A program made the translations under genes and the position numbers. Of a stretch of DNA of 46,186 nucleotides, positions 18,038 through 27,719 are shown in pieces. The stretch's first letter is position 1. Each line of letters opens with the position of its first letter. Origin of the DNA: Candidatus Persebacter sydneyensis (GTDB lineage Bacteria > Pseudomonadota > Gammaproteobacteria > Tethybacterales > Persebacteraceae); NCBI GenBank assembly GCA_033865115.1, contig JAWONR010000175.1, forward strand, positions 1 to 46,186. Reading direction: 5' to 3'. The notes beneath the pieces are model-generated. The model had not been told where the DNA came from. It ran no database searches and saw only the letters and a program-made list of their open reading frames with translations.

Positions 18038-18930
18038 GTGCGTTGCGCGGCGAGTGGCGGGAGAACTTTCCCATGTCGCGTTTATGCGCATGGCAAGTCG
18101 GCGGACCGGCGGATGCGTTATTTCTGCCCGCTGATTTGGATGACCTGCGCGAGTTTTATGAAAACGACGCCCGTGCGGAAGAAGCGTTTTTTGTCGGACA
18201 CGGGAGTAATTTGTTGGTACGAGACGGCGGTATCGCCGGTGTTGTTGTTCGCGCCGCGCCCGGATTGGGTGTTTTGCAGTTGGAAGAAGACGGCAGAATT
18301 TACGCCGAAGCGGGTGTCGGATGTCCGAAGTTGGCGCGGTTTGCGGCGGCGGCGGGTTTTAGTGATGCGGCGTTTTTGGCGGGCATTCCCGGCACTGTCG
18401 GCGGTGCGCTGGCGATGAACGCCGGATGCGAAGGCGCGGCGATATGGGATTATGCAGAAGAAGTGTTTGCGTTGAACAAAGGCAGTTTGCAGAAATGTCC
18501 GGCGGATGATTTTGTCGCCGGTTATCGTGAGTTACGCGCCAAAGCCGGCGGTGAGTTGCGTTTTGCCGGCGTGCGACTGCGTTTTGCCGCCGGTTCTTCC
18601 TCCGCCGCGGCGCGTGAACGCATTCGCGACATGTTGAGAAAACGAGATGATTCACAACCCATTGGCAGTGCCAATTGTGGGTCGGTTTTTTGTAATCCGC
18701 CGGGCGGTTTTGCGGCAAAACTTATTGAGCAATGTGGATTGAAGGGTTTTGCGGTCGGCGAGGCGGAAGTGTCACGCAAACACGCCAATTTTATTATCAA
18801 CCGCGGCGGTGCAACGGCGGCGGATATTGAAAGTCTAATTGAACTGGTACGGGAGAAAGTCCGCGAGCAAACCGGCGTTTTATTGTCGCCGGAAGTTCGA
18901 ATCGCCGGCAGAAAGGCGTCCGATGTCTGA
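18034..18930 (+). CDS. murB: UDP-N-acetylenolpyruvoylglucosamine reductase
   Basis: FAD-binding MurB sequence (GGPAD, GHGSNLL, AGIPGTVGGA, HANFIIN). ATGA overlap with murC. Confidence 0.9.
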   Translation: MSALRGEWRENFPMSRLCAWQVGGPADALFLPADLDDLREFYENDARAEEAFFVGHGSNLLVRDGGIAGVVVRAAPGLGVLQLEEDGRIYAEAGVGCPKLARFAAAAGFSDAAFLAGIPGTVGGALAMNAGCEGAAIWDYAEEVFALNKGSLQKCPADDFVAGYRELRAKAGGELRFAGVRLRFAAGSSSAAARERIRDMLRKRDDSQPIGSANCGSVFCNPPGGFAAKLIEQCGLKGFAVGEAEVSRKHANFIINRGGATAADIESLIELVREKVREQTGVLLSPEVRIAGRKASDV

Positions 18931-19822
18931 ATTTAAAACAGCATTGTTGATGGGCGGTGATTCGCCGGAGCGCGAAGTGTCACTGATGAGCGGCGAGATG
19001 GTATTGTCGGCGTTGCAGCGGCTGGAGATTGAAACGACGGTGGTCGACACCGCCGAAAAACCGTTGTCGGCGTTGGCGGAGTCGGGAGTCGGGCGCGTGT
19101 TTAATATCTTACACGGCGGCGCGGGTGAGAACGGAGAAATACAAGGCGCGTTAAAAATGATGGGATTGCCCGTGACCGGCAGTGGTGTTTTGGCGTCGGC
19201 GTTGGCGATGGACAAACATCGCGCGAAATTAGTATGGAAAGCGGCGGGCATTCCCACGCCGTCATGGCGTATCGCCCAAAATGGAGCGAAAGCCGGGGAG
19301 ATTATCGCCGAGTTGGGGTTGCCGTTGTTTGTTAAACCTTCATGCGGCGGTTCCAGCACGCACAGCATCGCCGTGCGGGAAACATCGGCGTTGGCGGACG
19401 CCATTGACGCCGCCGCCGGTGAAGGCGCGCCGGCGATGATTGAAGAATTAATTTGCGGACGGGAATATACCGCCTCCATTTTGGATGATGAACCGCTGCC
19501 GTTGATTGAAATTGTCGCCACCGGAGCGTTTTATGATTATCACGCGAAATATGTCGCCGATGACACGCGTTTTATTTGTCCGTGTAAATTATCGGCGGAA
19601 GAAGAATCACGTTTGCAAAAAGCGGCGATGCATGCGTTTTCACTTTTGGGATGTCGTCACTGGGGGCGGGTGGATTTTATTCTCACCAACAGCGCGCCGG
19701 TGTTTTTGGAGGTTAACACCGTTCCCGGCATGACTTCACACAGTTTGGTGCCGGCGGCGGCGAAAGTTAATGGACTGGATTATGACGAGGTGGTGCGGCG
19801 TATTTGGGAGGGCGCGGCATGA
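18923..19822 (+). CDS. ddl: D-alanine--D-alanine ligase
   Basis: ATP-grasp Ddl (GGDSPEREVSLMSG, HGGAGENGEIQG, FLEVNTVPGMT). The start is set at ATG 18923, overlapping the murB stop. Confidence 0.92.
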   Translation: MSEFKTALLMGGDSPEREVSLMSGEMVLSALQRLEIETTVVDTAEKPLSALAESGVGRVFNILHGGAGENGEIQGALKMMGLPVTGSGVLASALAMDKHRAKLVWKAAGIPTPSWRIAQNGAKAGEIIAELGLPLFVKPSCGGSSTHSIAVRETSALADAIDAAAGEGAPAMIEELICGREYTASILDDEPLPLIEIVATGAFYDYHAKYVADDTRFICPCKLSAEEESRLQKAAMHAFSLLGCRHWGRVDFILTNSAPVFLEVNTVPGMTSHSLVPAAAKVNGLDYDEVVRRIWEGAA

Positions 19823-20469
19823 AAAGAATGTTCATAATATTATTCGTAACGGCGGCGTTTTTGGGCGTGGCGCATGCCAATCGTCTTCGGGTTTGGACGA
19901 TTGCCGGCGGCGCGCATTCCGCGCGCATTGAAGCTGAAGAAATTTTGCGCTCGGTCGCCGGTGACAATTTAATTTTATTGGACATCGCCGGACTGCAACA
20001 ACGACTGGCACAAGTGCCGGGCATTACCGATGCTCATGTTCGCCGTCGTTTGCCGGACGGATTGGAGGTGAGTTTAACACCGCGTCATCCGTTGGCGGTT
20101 TGGGGCGGCGGCGGTTTGGTGGATGTTCGCGGACGGCGGTATGACGGTGTCGCCGACCGGCGGCTGCCGATTTTTCACGGACCGGAAAATCGAGCGGCGA
20201 GTATGGCGGACTTTTACGGCGCGGCGCGAAAGATATTGTCGCCGTTGGAGATTGCCGTCATTCAAATTGAAGTGGGAGATGACGGTGAATGGCGGGTGTA
20301 TTTACAAGACGGCGTCATGTTAAATCTCGGACGCGAACACCGTCATGAGCGTATGCGGCGGTATGCCCGATATGCGGAAGTTTTACAACGTCGTTTTGCG
20401 CGCATTAAAGCGGTGGATTTGCGTTATGAAAGAGGATTTTCAGTGACGGGCGAAAAGGAGGAGGTATGA
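19819..20469 (+). CDS. ftsQ: Cell division protein FtsQ
   Basis: ~216-aa bitopic protein with one N-terminal TM helix followed by a POTRA-like region, between ddl and ftsA. ATGA overlaps at both ends. Confidence 0.8.
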   Translation: MKRMFIILFVTAAFLGVAHANRLRVWTIAGGAHSARIEAEEILRSVAGDNLILLDIAGLQQRLAQVPGITDAHVRRRLPDGLEVSLTPRHPLAVWGGGGLVDVRGRRYDGVADRRLPIFHGPENRAASMADFYGAARKILSPLEIAVIQIEVGDDGEWRVYLQDGVMLNLGREHRHERMRRYARYAEVLQRRFARIKAVDLRYERGFSVTGEKEEV

Positions 20470-21692
20470 AAAACAACGGCGGTATTTTGACGGCGGCGGC
20501 GGATTTTGGAAGTTCCGGAGTGCGGGTTGCGGTCGCCGAGGTCTTGGACGCCGGTGCCATTCGCCTGTTGGGAATTGGCGAATCCGAATCACAGGGCATT
20601 AGCGAAGGACGGGTGGTGGATATGGAAAAAGCCGTCTCTTCCTTGCAAAACGCGATTAAAGAAGCCGAAATTGTTTCACGCCGTCGTTTTTCATCGGCGT
20701 GGGCGGCGATTACCGGTGAACACATTATCGGCGTCAATGCCGGCGGTTCCACGGTCATCAGCGACCCCGCCGGCGTATCAACGACCGACATTCACAAAGT
20801 CAAACAAATGGCGCGCGCCGAAGTCGCCCACCGCAGCGGCATGCGGGTTATTGCGGTGTTGGAGCGCGATTATGAGTTGGACGGACACAAGGGCGTTAAG
20901 AAACCGGTGGGGATGAGCGGTCACAAATTGTCCGGCGATATGCATTTGGTGTTGGCGTCCACAAACGCACTCGCCGATTGGGAGAAATGTTTGCTGCAAT
21001 GCGGAGTGGAAACCGAAGAACAGTTTGTTTTTGCGCCGTTGGCGGCGGCAAGGGCGGTGTTGAGTGAAGATGAAAAAAATCTCGGTGTTTGCGTTTTAGA
21101 CATCGGCGCATCAGTCACCGATGCGGCGATTTTTTACCGCGGTGTTGTCGCCGACACTTTCTCTTTGCCAATGGCGTCCAACGACATTCACCGAGACATC
21201 GCCGAAATGCATCATGCGTCCATGGAATCCGCCGAGCAGGCGAAAAGAACCATCGGTTTGTCCGGCGACAACGGTGAGTTTGTTTCGTTGTTGGAGGCGG
21301 GCGGCGGAGGAGAACACACACAGTCAATTCTGGTCGTGCGAGACACCATCGGACATCGGGTTGATGAAATTTTGGAACTCGCCGGCGAGCGGCTGGCGCG
21401 ATTGTCGGATGCGGGCAAGCGATTGTCGGCGGGTATTGTTTTGGTCGGAGACGGCGCGTTGTTGCCGGGGATTGCCGGAGCGGCGGAGACGAAATTGAAT
21501 ATTCCGGCGCGCATTGGTCGTCCGACATATCGCGGCGAGAATCATGAACGCGCCGCCTCGCCGCGGTTTGCCGTTTGCATGGGATTGTTACAGGCCGCCG
21601 CCGAATATGACAGTGCGGTTTCACAGGGCGGAGGGATTGGCGCGGCGGTTGGCTGGGTGTCGCGACTTTTTGGAGGACGCGGGACGGAATAA
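20466..21692 (+). CDS. ftsA: Cell division protein FtsA
   Basis: Actin-like ATPase fold sequence (DIGSS/DIGAS phosphate loops) with a C-terminal amphipathic tail. AAGGAGG lies upstream of the ATG. Confidence 0.92.
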   Translation: MKNNGGILTAAADFGSSGVRVAVAEVLDAGAIRLLGIGESESQGISEGRVVDMEKAVSSLQNAIKEAEIVSRRRFSSAWAAITGEHIIGVNAGGSTVISDPAGVSTTDIHKVKQMARAEVAHRSGMRVIAVLERDYELDGHKGVKKPVGMSGHKLSGDMHLVLASTNALADWEKCLLQCGVETEEQFVFAPLAAARAVLSEDEKNLGVCVLDIGASVTDAAIFYRGVVADTFSLPMASNDIHRDIAEMHHASMESAEQAKRTIGLSGDNGEFVSLLEAGGGGEHTQSILVVRDTIGHRVDEILELAGERLARLSDAGKRLSAGIVLVGDGALLPGIAGAAETKLNIPARIGRPTYRGENHERAASPRFAVCMGLLQAAAEYDSAVSQGGGIGAAVGWVSRLFGGRGTE

Positions 21693-21730
21693 GGTTTTAT
21701 TTTATGACAATGACAACAAAGGAGGACGTA

Positions 21731-22849
21731 ATGGACTTTATCGAAAGCAAATCACCGGCGCGAATTCGCGTCATCGGCGTGGGCGGTTGCGGCGGCAACA
21801 TTGTTCACTATCTTCAACAACGACGGGTGGACGGTATTGATTACGCCGCCGTTAATACGGACGCGCAGGCGTTGCAGCGGATAGACGCGGAATGCGTTCA
21901 TATCGGCGGCGAAGCAACGCGCGGACTCGGCACCGGCGCCAAACCCGAATTGGCGGTGCGCGCCGCCGAGGACGACCGTGAACGACTCGTCAATCTGGTG
22001 CGCGGTTATGACATGGTTTTTGTCGTCGCCGGCATGGGCAAAGGCACCGGCACCGGCGCTTCACCAATTGTCGCCCGTCTGGCATGCGAACAAAACGCAC
22101 TGACAGTGGCGGTCGCGACAATGCCGTTTCGCTACGAGCGGCGAGACAATGTCGCCCAAAAAGGAATCGCCGAATTGGGAATGTCGGCGAATTCACTTCT
22201 TATCGCGCCCAATTCAAAGTTGCAGGAAGTGCTGGGCGATGAAGCGGGCGTGGAAGACGCACTGGCGGCGGCGAATGAAGTTTTGTACAACGCCATTTAC
22301 GGCATTTCCGAAATCATCACCAAACCCGGCGAGTTAAATTTGGACTTTAACGATGTTCGCACTGTCATGACCGCAAAAGGCAGGGCGGTCATGGGGTCGG
22401 CGACAAAATCCGGCACCGACCGCGCGGCGGAAGCGACACATGAGGCATTGTGCTGTCCAATTATGGAAGATGTGGAATTGTCCGGCGCCAATTATTTCTT
22501 GGTGAATGTGACCGCTCCGCGCGGCTGCAAACTTTCCGAAATTGACTCGGTATACGACATCCTGGATGAAAAAGCGCCGGCTTGCGGCAATGAGCGGTTT
22601 TGCGGACTGGTGTATGATGACACCATGGGCGACAAAATGCGCGTGACCGTGATTGCAACCGGCATCGGCGGCGAGATGCAAAACGTGAAAGTTGAAGAAG
22701 CGAAACCCAATTTGGCGGCGGTCGCCGGCGGTAGTCTTGACCCGTGTTTTGTGACCGGGCGCGGACGGCAAAAATTGGAGGACATGCGCGTCAAATACGG
22801 CGGAGACGAGCGAAAAGTCCCCACCATCATGCGGCGGCAAAAAAATTAG
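21731..22849 (+). CDS. ftsZ: Cell division GTPase FtsZ
   Basis: IRVIGVGGCGGN, tubulin signature GMGKGTGTGASP, and the C-terminal peptide KVPTIMRRQ. The start is set at ATG 21731, preceded by AAGGAGG (21719-21725), which matches the length of the E. coli N-terminus. The track start at 21704 lacks a ribosome-binding site. Confidence 0.95.
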   Translation: MDFIESKSPARIRVIGVGGCGGNIVHYLQQRRVDGIDYAAVNTDAQALQRIDAECVHIGGEATRGLGTGAKPELAVRAAEDDRERLVNLVRGYDMVFVVAGMGKGTGTGASPIVARLACEQNALTVAVATMPFRYERRDNVAQKGIAELGMSANSLLIAPNSKLQEVLGDEAGVEDALAAANEVLYNAIYGISEIITKPGELNLDFNDVRTVMTAKGRAVMGSATKSGTDRAAEATHEALCCPIMEDVELSGANYFLVNVTAPRGCKLSEIDSVYDILDEKAPACGNERFCGLVYDDTMGDKMRVTVIATGIGGEMQNVKVEEAKPNLAAVAGGSLDPCFVTGRGRQKLEDMRVKYGGDERKVPTIMRRQKN

Positions 22850-22854
22850 CAGAG

Positions 22855-22860
22855 TATAAT
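22855..22860 (+). promoter_or_regulatory. Putative -10 element (TATAAT) 8 nt upstream of the lpxC ATG
   Basis: GAGTATAAT-TCCCCTCC-ATG begins 6 nt after the ftsZ stop. There is no Shine-Dalgarno; the spacer is C-rich. Confidence 0.4.
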
Positions 22861-22868
22861 TCCCCTCC

Positions 22869-23729
22869 ATGCACGCCGTACAAAAGACCATCTCTCGTCC
22901 TGCCGGGTTTTCCGGCATCGCCTTGCACAGCGGACGCGCCGTGCAAACGCGGCTTGTGCCGTTGCCGGAAGATTCGGGAATTGTTTTTTGTCGCACCGAT
23001 TTGGACATGTGTGTCAAATCCGCCACCGCCAATGTTGGTGACACGAGACTGGCGACGACTTTGAGAGACGGCAAATGTGAAGTCAGCACCGTGGAACATT
23101 TGTTGTCGGCGTTGTCGGCACTGGGCATAGACAATTTGCGCGTGGAAGTGGACGGACCGGAGTTGCCGATTGTAGACGGCAGTTCCGCGCCGTGGATGTT
23201 GTTCTTAACCGACGCCTGCGGACTTTCGGCTCAAAGCGCGCCGCGAAAGATTATGCGGGTGAAAAAAGAAGTGGTGAAGACAATAAACGGCGGACACGCA
23301 CGTTTTTCACCGCCCTCCGGAGACGGAGTTCGATATACCGCGCACATTGATTTTCCGCATGCGGCGGTGCGGCGGACGGGGGCGAAGTTTTCACATGTTT
23401 TGTCGGCGGACGATTATGAAGAGGAAGTGTCGCGCGCGCGCACTTTTTGTTATGTTAATGATGTTGATGACATGCGCCGTCATCGGCTGGCGTTGGGCGG
23501 TTCACTTAACTGCGCGGTGGTGTATGACGACACCGGCGTGCTAAACGCCGAAGGATTGCGCTATCCGGATGAATTCGTGCGCCACAAAGTGTTGGACGCC
23601 ATTGGTGATTGTTATATCAACGGACATTTTATCGCCGCCGATTACGAGGCGGAATGTCCCGGACACGCGCTCAATCATGCCCTGGTGTCGGCGCTGACGG
23701 CGGATACCGATGCATGGACATGGGATTAG
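22869..23729 (+). CDS. lpxC: UDP-3-O-acyl-N-acetylglucosamine deacetylase
   Basis: Colinear with E. coli LpxC (GIALHSG, STVEHLLSAL, PIVDGSSAP, SRARTF, DEFVRHKVLDAIGD, GHALN) and in the canonical position after ftsZ. Confidence 0.92.
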   Translation: MHAVQKTISRPAGFSGIALHSGRAVQTRLVPLPEDSGIVFCRTDLDMCVKSATANVGDTRLATTLRDGKCEVSTVEHLLSALSALGIDNLRVEVDGPELPIVDGSSAPWMLFLTDACGLSAQSAPRKIMRVKKEVVKTINGGHARFSPPSGDGVRYTAHIDFPHAAVRRTGAKFSHVLSADDYEEEVSRARTFCYVNDVDDMRRHRLALGGSLNCAVVYDDTGVLNAEGLRYPDEFVRHKVLDAIGDCYINGHFIAADYEAECPGHALNHALVSALTADTDAWTWD

Positions 23730-23804
23730 CGGCGGCGCGTTAGTTTTCGTATTTCCCCGCATGTTCAATTATCTCTAAAATTCGCCCTGCCGGGCGTCGT
23801 GCGG

Positions 23805-23810
23805 TATAAT
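23805..23810 (+). promoter_or_regulatory. Putative -10 element (TATAAT)
   Basis: GCGGTATAAT lies 20 nt upstream of the ATG at 23831, with TAGGAGAA as the ribosome-binding site in between. Confidence 0.4.
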
Positions 23811-23830
23811 TCCCGCAACATAGGAGAATT

Positions 23831-24787
23831 ATGATGAAAATAGGATTTATCGGACTGGGAAATGTGGGCGGCAAACTCGCCGGTAGTTTGTTACGCAACG
23901 GATTTGCGCTGACGGTGCATGAATTAAATAAAGATTTGGCAAAACCGCTTTTGGACGGCGGCGCACAGTGGGCGGATTCGCCCAAGGCGACCGCCGAAGC
24001 GGTGGATATGGTCATTACATGCCTGCCGTCTCCCGCCGCATGCGCCGAAGTCATGGAAGGTGAAAACGGTGTTTTGGCGGGATTGCAAAAAAACGCCATC
24101 TGGGGAGAGATGAGCACCACTGATGAATCCGAAGTCCGGCGACTGGGCGAAAAAGTCATCGCACAAGGCGGATATGCGATGGATTGTCCGGTGTCCGGCG
24201 GATGTCATCGCGCCGCCACCGGTAATATTGCAATTTTTGTCGGCGGTGACCGCGCCGCTTTTGAACGCGCACTGCCGGTGTTTACCGCAATGGGACGGCG
24301 TATTTTGCACGCCGGTGAATTGGGCGCGGCGTCTGTGTTGAAAGTCGCCACCAATTATTTGGCAACCGCCAATTTAGTGTCGGTGTGCGAGGCGCTGACG
24401 ACATGCAAAATGGCGGGCATGGATTTGGCGACAACTTATGAGGCGTTTCGCATTTCATCCGGCAATTCCTTCGTTCATGAAACCGAAGGCCAGGTGATTT
24501 TGAACGGCAGTCGCGATATTAACTTTACGATGGATTTGGTGAACAAAGATATTTCACTGTTTCAACAAATCGCCGAGCGCGCGGGTGTTCCGTTGGAGTT
24601 GTCGCCGTTGTTAATTAAGATTTTCCAGGACGGTGAAAAACGCTACGGCTCGCGTGAATGGTCGCCGAATATCATACGCCGTTTGGAAGACGCCTGCGGC
24701 GTTCGCATTACGGCGGACGGCTTTCCGGCGGAAATGGTTGATGACGAGCCGGAATCACCCGGCGCCGAAGTTCATCCCCGGTCATGA
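23831..24787 (+). CDS. NAD(P)-dependent oxidoreductase, beta-hydroxyacid (3-hydroxyisobutyrate/6-phosphogluconate-type) dehydrogenase family
   Basis: N-terminal Rossmann motif KIGFIGLGNVG, then the family pattern (VITCLPS..., PVSGG, KV.TN). 318 aa. Confidence 0.85.
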   Translation: MMKIGFIGLGNVGGKLAGSLLRNGFALTVHELNKDLAKPLLDGGAQWADSPKATAEAVDMVITCLPSPAACAEVMEGENGVLAGLQKNAIWGEMSTTDESEVRRLGEKVIAQGGYAMDCPVSGGCHRAATGNIAIFVGGDRAAFERALPVFTAMGRRILHAGELGAASVLKVATNYLATANLVSVCEALTTCKMAGMDLATTYEAFRISSGNSFVHETEGQVILNGSRDINFTMDLVNKDISLFQQIAERAGVPLELSPLLIKIFQDGEKRYGSREWSPNIIRRLEDACGVRITADGFPAEMVDDEPESPGAEVHPRS

Positions 24788-25563
24788 AAATCGCCGCGTG
24801 GAATGTCAATTCCATCCGCGCGCGCCTGCCGCATGTGTTGCGTTGTCTTGCGGAGTTCGCGCCCGATGTCGTATTGCTGCAGGAAACCAAAAGCACCGAT
24901 GAAACTTTTCCGTTTGACGAGTTGAAAGCGGAGGGTTATCACGTCGTCCATCACGGACAAAAATCATACAACGGCGTGGCAATTGTTTCGCGTCTGCCGC
25001 TGCGCGATGTTGAAAAAGGCATGCCGCAACGTCCGGATGACGCACAAGCGCGGGTTATCGCCGCCACCGTGGACTATCGCGACAAACCACTGCGAGTGGT
25101 TTCAGTTTATGTTCCCAACGGGCAGAGTGTGGAGTCGGACAAATATGTTTATAAACTTTCATGGCTGGAGGATTATTTCAAGTATTTAACCGCCGCGCAG
25201 AAAAAATACGGCGCAGTCGCCGCCGGCGGTGATTACAACATCGCCCCGCGAGACGAGGACATTTATGACCCTGAAGGATGGGGCGAAGAAGTGCCGGCGT
25301 CTCCGAAAGAACGCGCCGCGTTAAGAAAGATAATTGACGCCGGTTACGCCGATTCGCAGCTGTTGTTTCCGCAAACCGAACAAAGTTTTTCATGGTGGGA
25401 CTATCGCCGGGGGGCGTTTGACAGAAACCATGGACTTCGCATTGATTTGATTTTATTGTCATCGTCCGTTGTCGGTGATTGTGTCGCGTGCGAGCCCGAT
25501 GCCTCTCCGCGCGGCTGGGAACGTCCTTCCGACCATGCGCCGGTAATCGCCCGTTTGCGATAG
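24784..25563 (+). CDS. xth: Exodeoxyribonuclease III (AP endonuclease)
   Basis: MKIAAWNVNSIRAR...LLQETK, GDYNIAP, WWDYR and SDHAPV match the EEP-fold ExoIII family. ATGA overlap with the upstream gene. Confidence 0.9.
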   Translation: MKIAAWNVNSIRARLPHVLRCLAEFAPDVVLLQETKSTDETFPFDELKAEGYHVVHHGQKSYNGVAIVSRLPLRDVEKGMPQRPDDAQARVIAATVDYRDKPLRVVSVYVPNGQSVESDKYVYKLSWLEDYFKYLTAAQKKYGAVAAGGDYNIAPRDEDIYDPEGWGEEVPASPKERAALRKIIDAGYADSQLLFPQTEQSFSWWDYRRGAFDRNHGLRIDLILLSSSVVGDCVACEPDASPRGWERPSDHAPVIARLR

Positions 25564-25570
25564 GCGTTTC

Positions 25571-26752
25571 ATGTGGCGCGTTGTCGCTTTTGGCTTTTTA
25601 TTAAATTTGTCATCGGCATTCGGACAAACACATTTTATTTCACTGTTTAATCCGGATTTGCGCGAGGCGTTTTCGCTGAGTCACGGTGAAATCGGCGCTT
25701 TGTATTCGGCGGCGACTTTGGCGAGTGCGGCGGTTTTGCCGTGGGCGGGCAAACTCATAGACGTCTCTCCGTTGCGCCGTTATGCCGCGGCGGTTGTTTT
25801 TGGACTGGCGGCGGCGGCGTTGTTGTTGTCGTTCTCCCATTTAATATGGCACTTGGCGGTGGCGTTTTTTTGTCTTCGTTTGTTCGGACAGGGACTGTCT
25901 TCACACACCGGTTTTACCGCCACCGCGCGGTTTACGCAAAAAGCGCGCGGCAAATCATTGAGTGTCGCCGGACTCGGCATGAGCATCGGCGAAGCCATTG
26001 CGCCTCCAATTGTCGCCGCGCTGTTATTGACAATGGCATGGCGCGAAGTGTGGCAAAGTGCGGCGTTGTTTCAAATTGTTGTCGTTATGGCGTTGTCACA
26101 ATGGTTGTTGCGCGGACTTCCACAAAATTCCCCGGCGACGGGTGAGGCGACAACGGAGGAGTCATGGACACGGCGACAAGTGTTGCGTGATTTTCGTTTT
26201 TGGCTCGCCGCACCGGCGATTTTTGCGCCGCCGTGCGTGGTGACGGCGCTGTTTTTTCACCAACAAAGTTTGGCGGAATATCATGGAGTTGAATTTGCAG
26301 TGTGGGCGTCCGGTGTTGCGGCGTATTCCATCGGTTCTGTTTTTGCATCATTGGCATCGGGCGCGCTGACCGACAAATTTGGCGGTGCGAGAGTTGTTAA
26401 GTGGGTTTTATTGCCGTTAATCGCATCAACACTGTTGGCGGCGAACGCCAATTTTGTCGGATTGACTTACGTCTATTACGGATTGATGGGAATGAGTGCC
26501 GGCGCGGGTGTTCCCGCGATAAACGCTCTTTGGGTGGAAATGTACGGCAAGGCGCATTTGGGCGCGGTGCGGGCGTTGGCGCATGCCGTGGCGGTGTTAT
26601 TTACCGCTTTTGGACCGGTGGCATTTGGCGCACTGTTGGACTCCGGAATACCGTGGAATCATATTTTGCACTTAACCGCCGCGTGGATGATTGTCGCGGT
26701 TGCAGTGTTGTCCGCCGTCCCGCTAAAACGAAAGGCGGCGGGCGGATGTTGA
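25571..26752 (+). CDS. MFS transporter
   Basis: 393 aa, about 12 hydrophobic segments with a central loop. Typical MFS composition; substrate not inferable. Confidence 0.8.
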   Translation: MWRVVAFGFLLNLSSAFGQTHFISLFNPDLREAFSLSHGEIGALYSAATLASAAVLPWAGKLIDVSPLRRYAAAVVFGLAAAALLLSFSHLIWHLAVAFFCLRLFGQGLSSHTGFTATARFTQKARGKSLSVAGLGMSIGEAIAPPIVAALLLTMAWREVWQSAALFQIVVVMALSQWLLRGLPQNSPATGEATTEESWTRRQVLRDFRFWLAAPAIFAPPCVVTALFFHQQSLAEYHGVEFAVWASGVAAYSIGSVFASLASGALTDKFGGARVVKWVLLPLIASTLLAANANFVGLTYVYYGLMGMSAGAGVPAINALWVEMYGKAHLGAVRALAHAVAVLFTAFGPVAFGALLDSGIPWNHILHLTAAWMIVAVAVLSAVPLKRKAAGGC

Positions 26753-26780
26753 CACTCATCCGACACGCCGGGACACGGTT

Positions 26781-26786
26781 TATAAT
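26781..26786 (+). promoter_or_regulatory. Putative -10 element (TATAAT)
   Basis: GGTTTATAAT lies 25 nt upstream of the transporter ATG at 26811. Confidence 0.35.
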
Positions 26787-26810
26787 CATGAAAATGTTGC
26801 GTCCCGAATC

Positions 26811-27719
26811 ATGACTTCCTCCACACCGGAGCGTCCGCATTTTCCAGTGCGCGGAGTTGCATTTGGACTGGCGGCGGCGGCGTGTCTGTCGCTGCAGGAT
26901 GCAATTATTAAACTGCTCGCCGGTGATTATCATATCCTGCAAATTATTTTCGCGCGCGCGGGCGTTGGCGCGGTGGTGGCGGCGGGGATTATTTATTACG
27001 CTTCTAATTTTTCGGCGCTGCGTCCGAGCCGTCCGTTGTTGGTCGCCGCCCGTGTTTGTTTCATGACAATTGCGACATTGTGTTATTACATTTCGCTGAC
27101 TTTTTTGGACTTAACGGCGTATACCTGTCTGGGATTGACGGTGTTTTTGTTTATCGCCGCGTTGTCCGGTCCCATATTAAAAGAAAAGACTTCGGGGAAG
27201 GACTGGGCGGCGGTGGCGGTTGGATTAAGCGGTGCGTTAATCGTGGTTAATCCCTTCGCCGCCGAATCAGTTTATCTTCCGGCGGCGTTGTTGTTGTTGT
27301 TTGGCGCGTTTATGTGGGCGTTGGGCTTGGTTGCGACCCGCGCGTTGGGCGTGACAATGTCGGCGGCGGGGATTTTGTTTTATACCAATGCCGCTGTGAT
27401 GATGTTGGCGGTGATAGCGCAGCCGTTTGTTTGGCAAACGCCTTCCGCCAGTGATGCGATGTTGTTTCTAATGTTGAGCACATTGGGCGCGTGCGGACAA
27501 GGATGCGCCATCGCCGCCTATCGTAACGCTCGGGTTAGCGCGGTCATGCCCACCCAGCATACGATGTTGTTGTGGGCGGCGCTTTTGGCATGGTTGTTGT
27601 GGGATGAAATACCGGAATTGCGAGTGTGGTTCGGCGGCGCGTTAATTGTCGGCGCGAGTTTGTCCGCACTGCCCAAACCGCGCCGGCGGACAAGTAACCG
27701 CGCGAAAAATCGGGTATAA
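26811..27719 (+). CDS. DMT-superfamily (EamA-like) transporter
   Basis: 302 aa, about 10 TM segments arranged as two EamA-like halves. Confidence 0.8.
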   Translation: MTSSTPERPHFPVRGVAFGLAAAACLSLQDAIIKLLAGDYHILQIIFARAGVGAVVAAGIIYYASNFSALRPSRPLLVAARVCFMTIATLCYYISLTFLDLTAYTCLGLTVFLFIAALSGPILKEKTSGKDWAAVAVGLSGALIVVNPFAAESVYLPAALLLLFGAFMWALGLVATRALGVTMSAAGILFYTNAAVMMLAVIAQPFVWQTPSASDAMLFLMLSTLGACGQGCAIAAYRNARVSAVMPTQHTMLLWAALLAWLLWDEIPELRVWFGGALIVGASLSALPKPRRRTSNRAKNRV

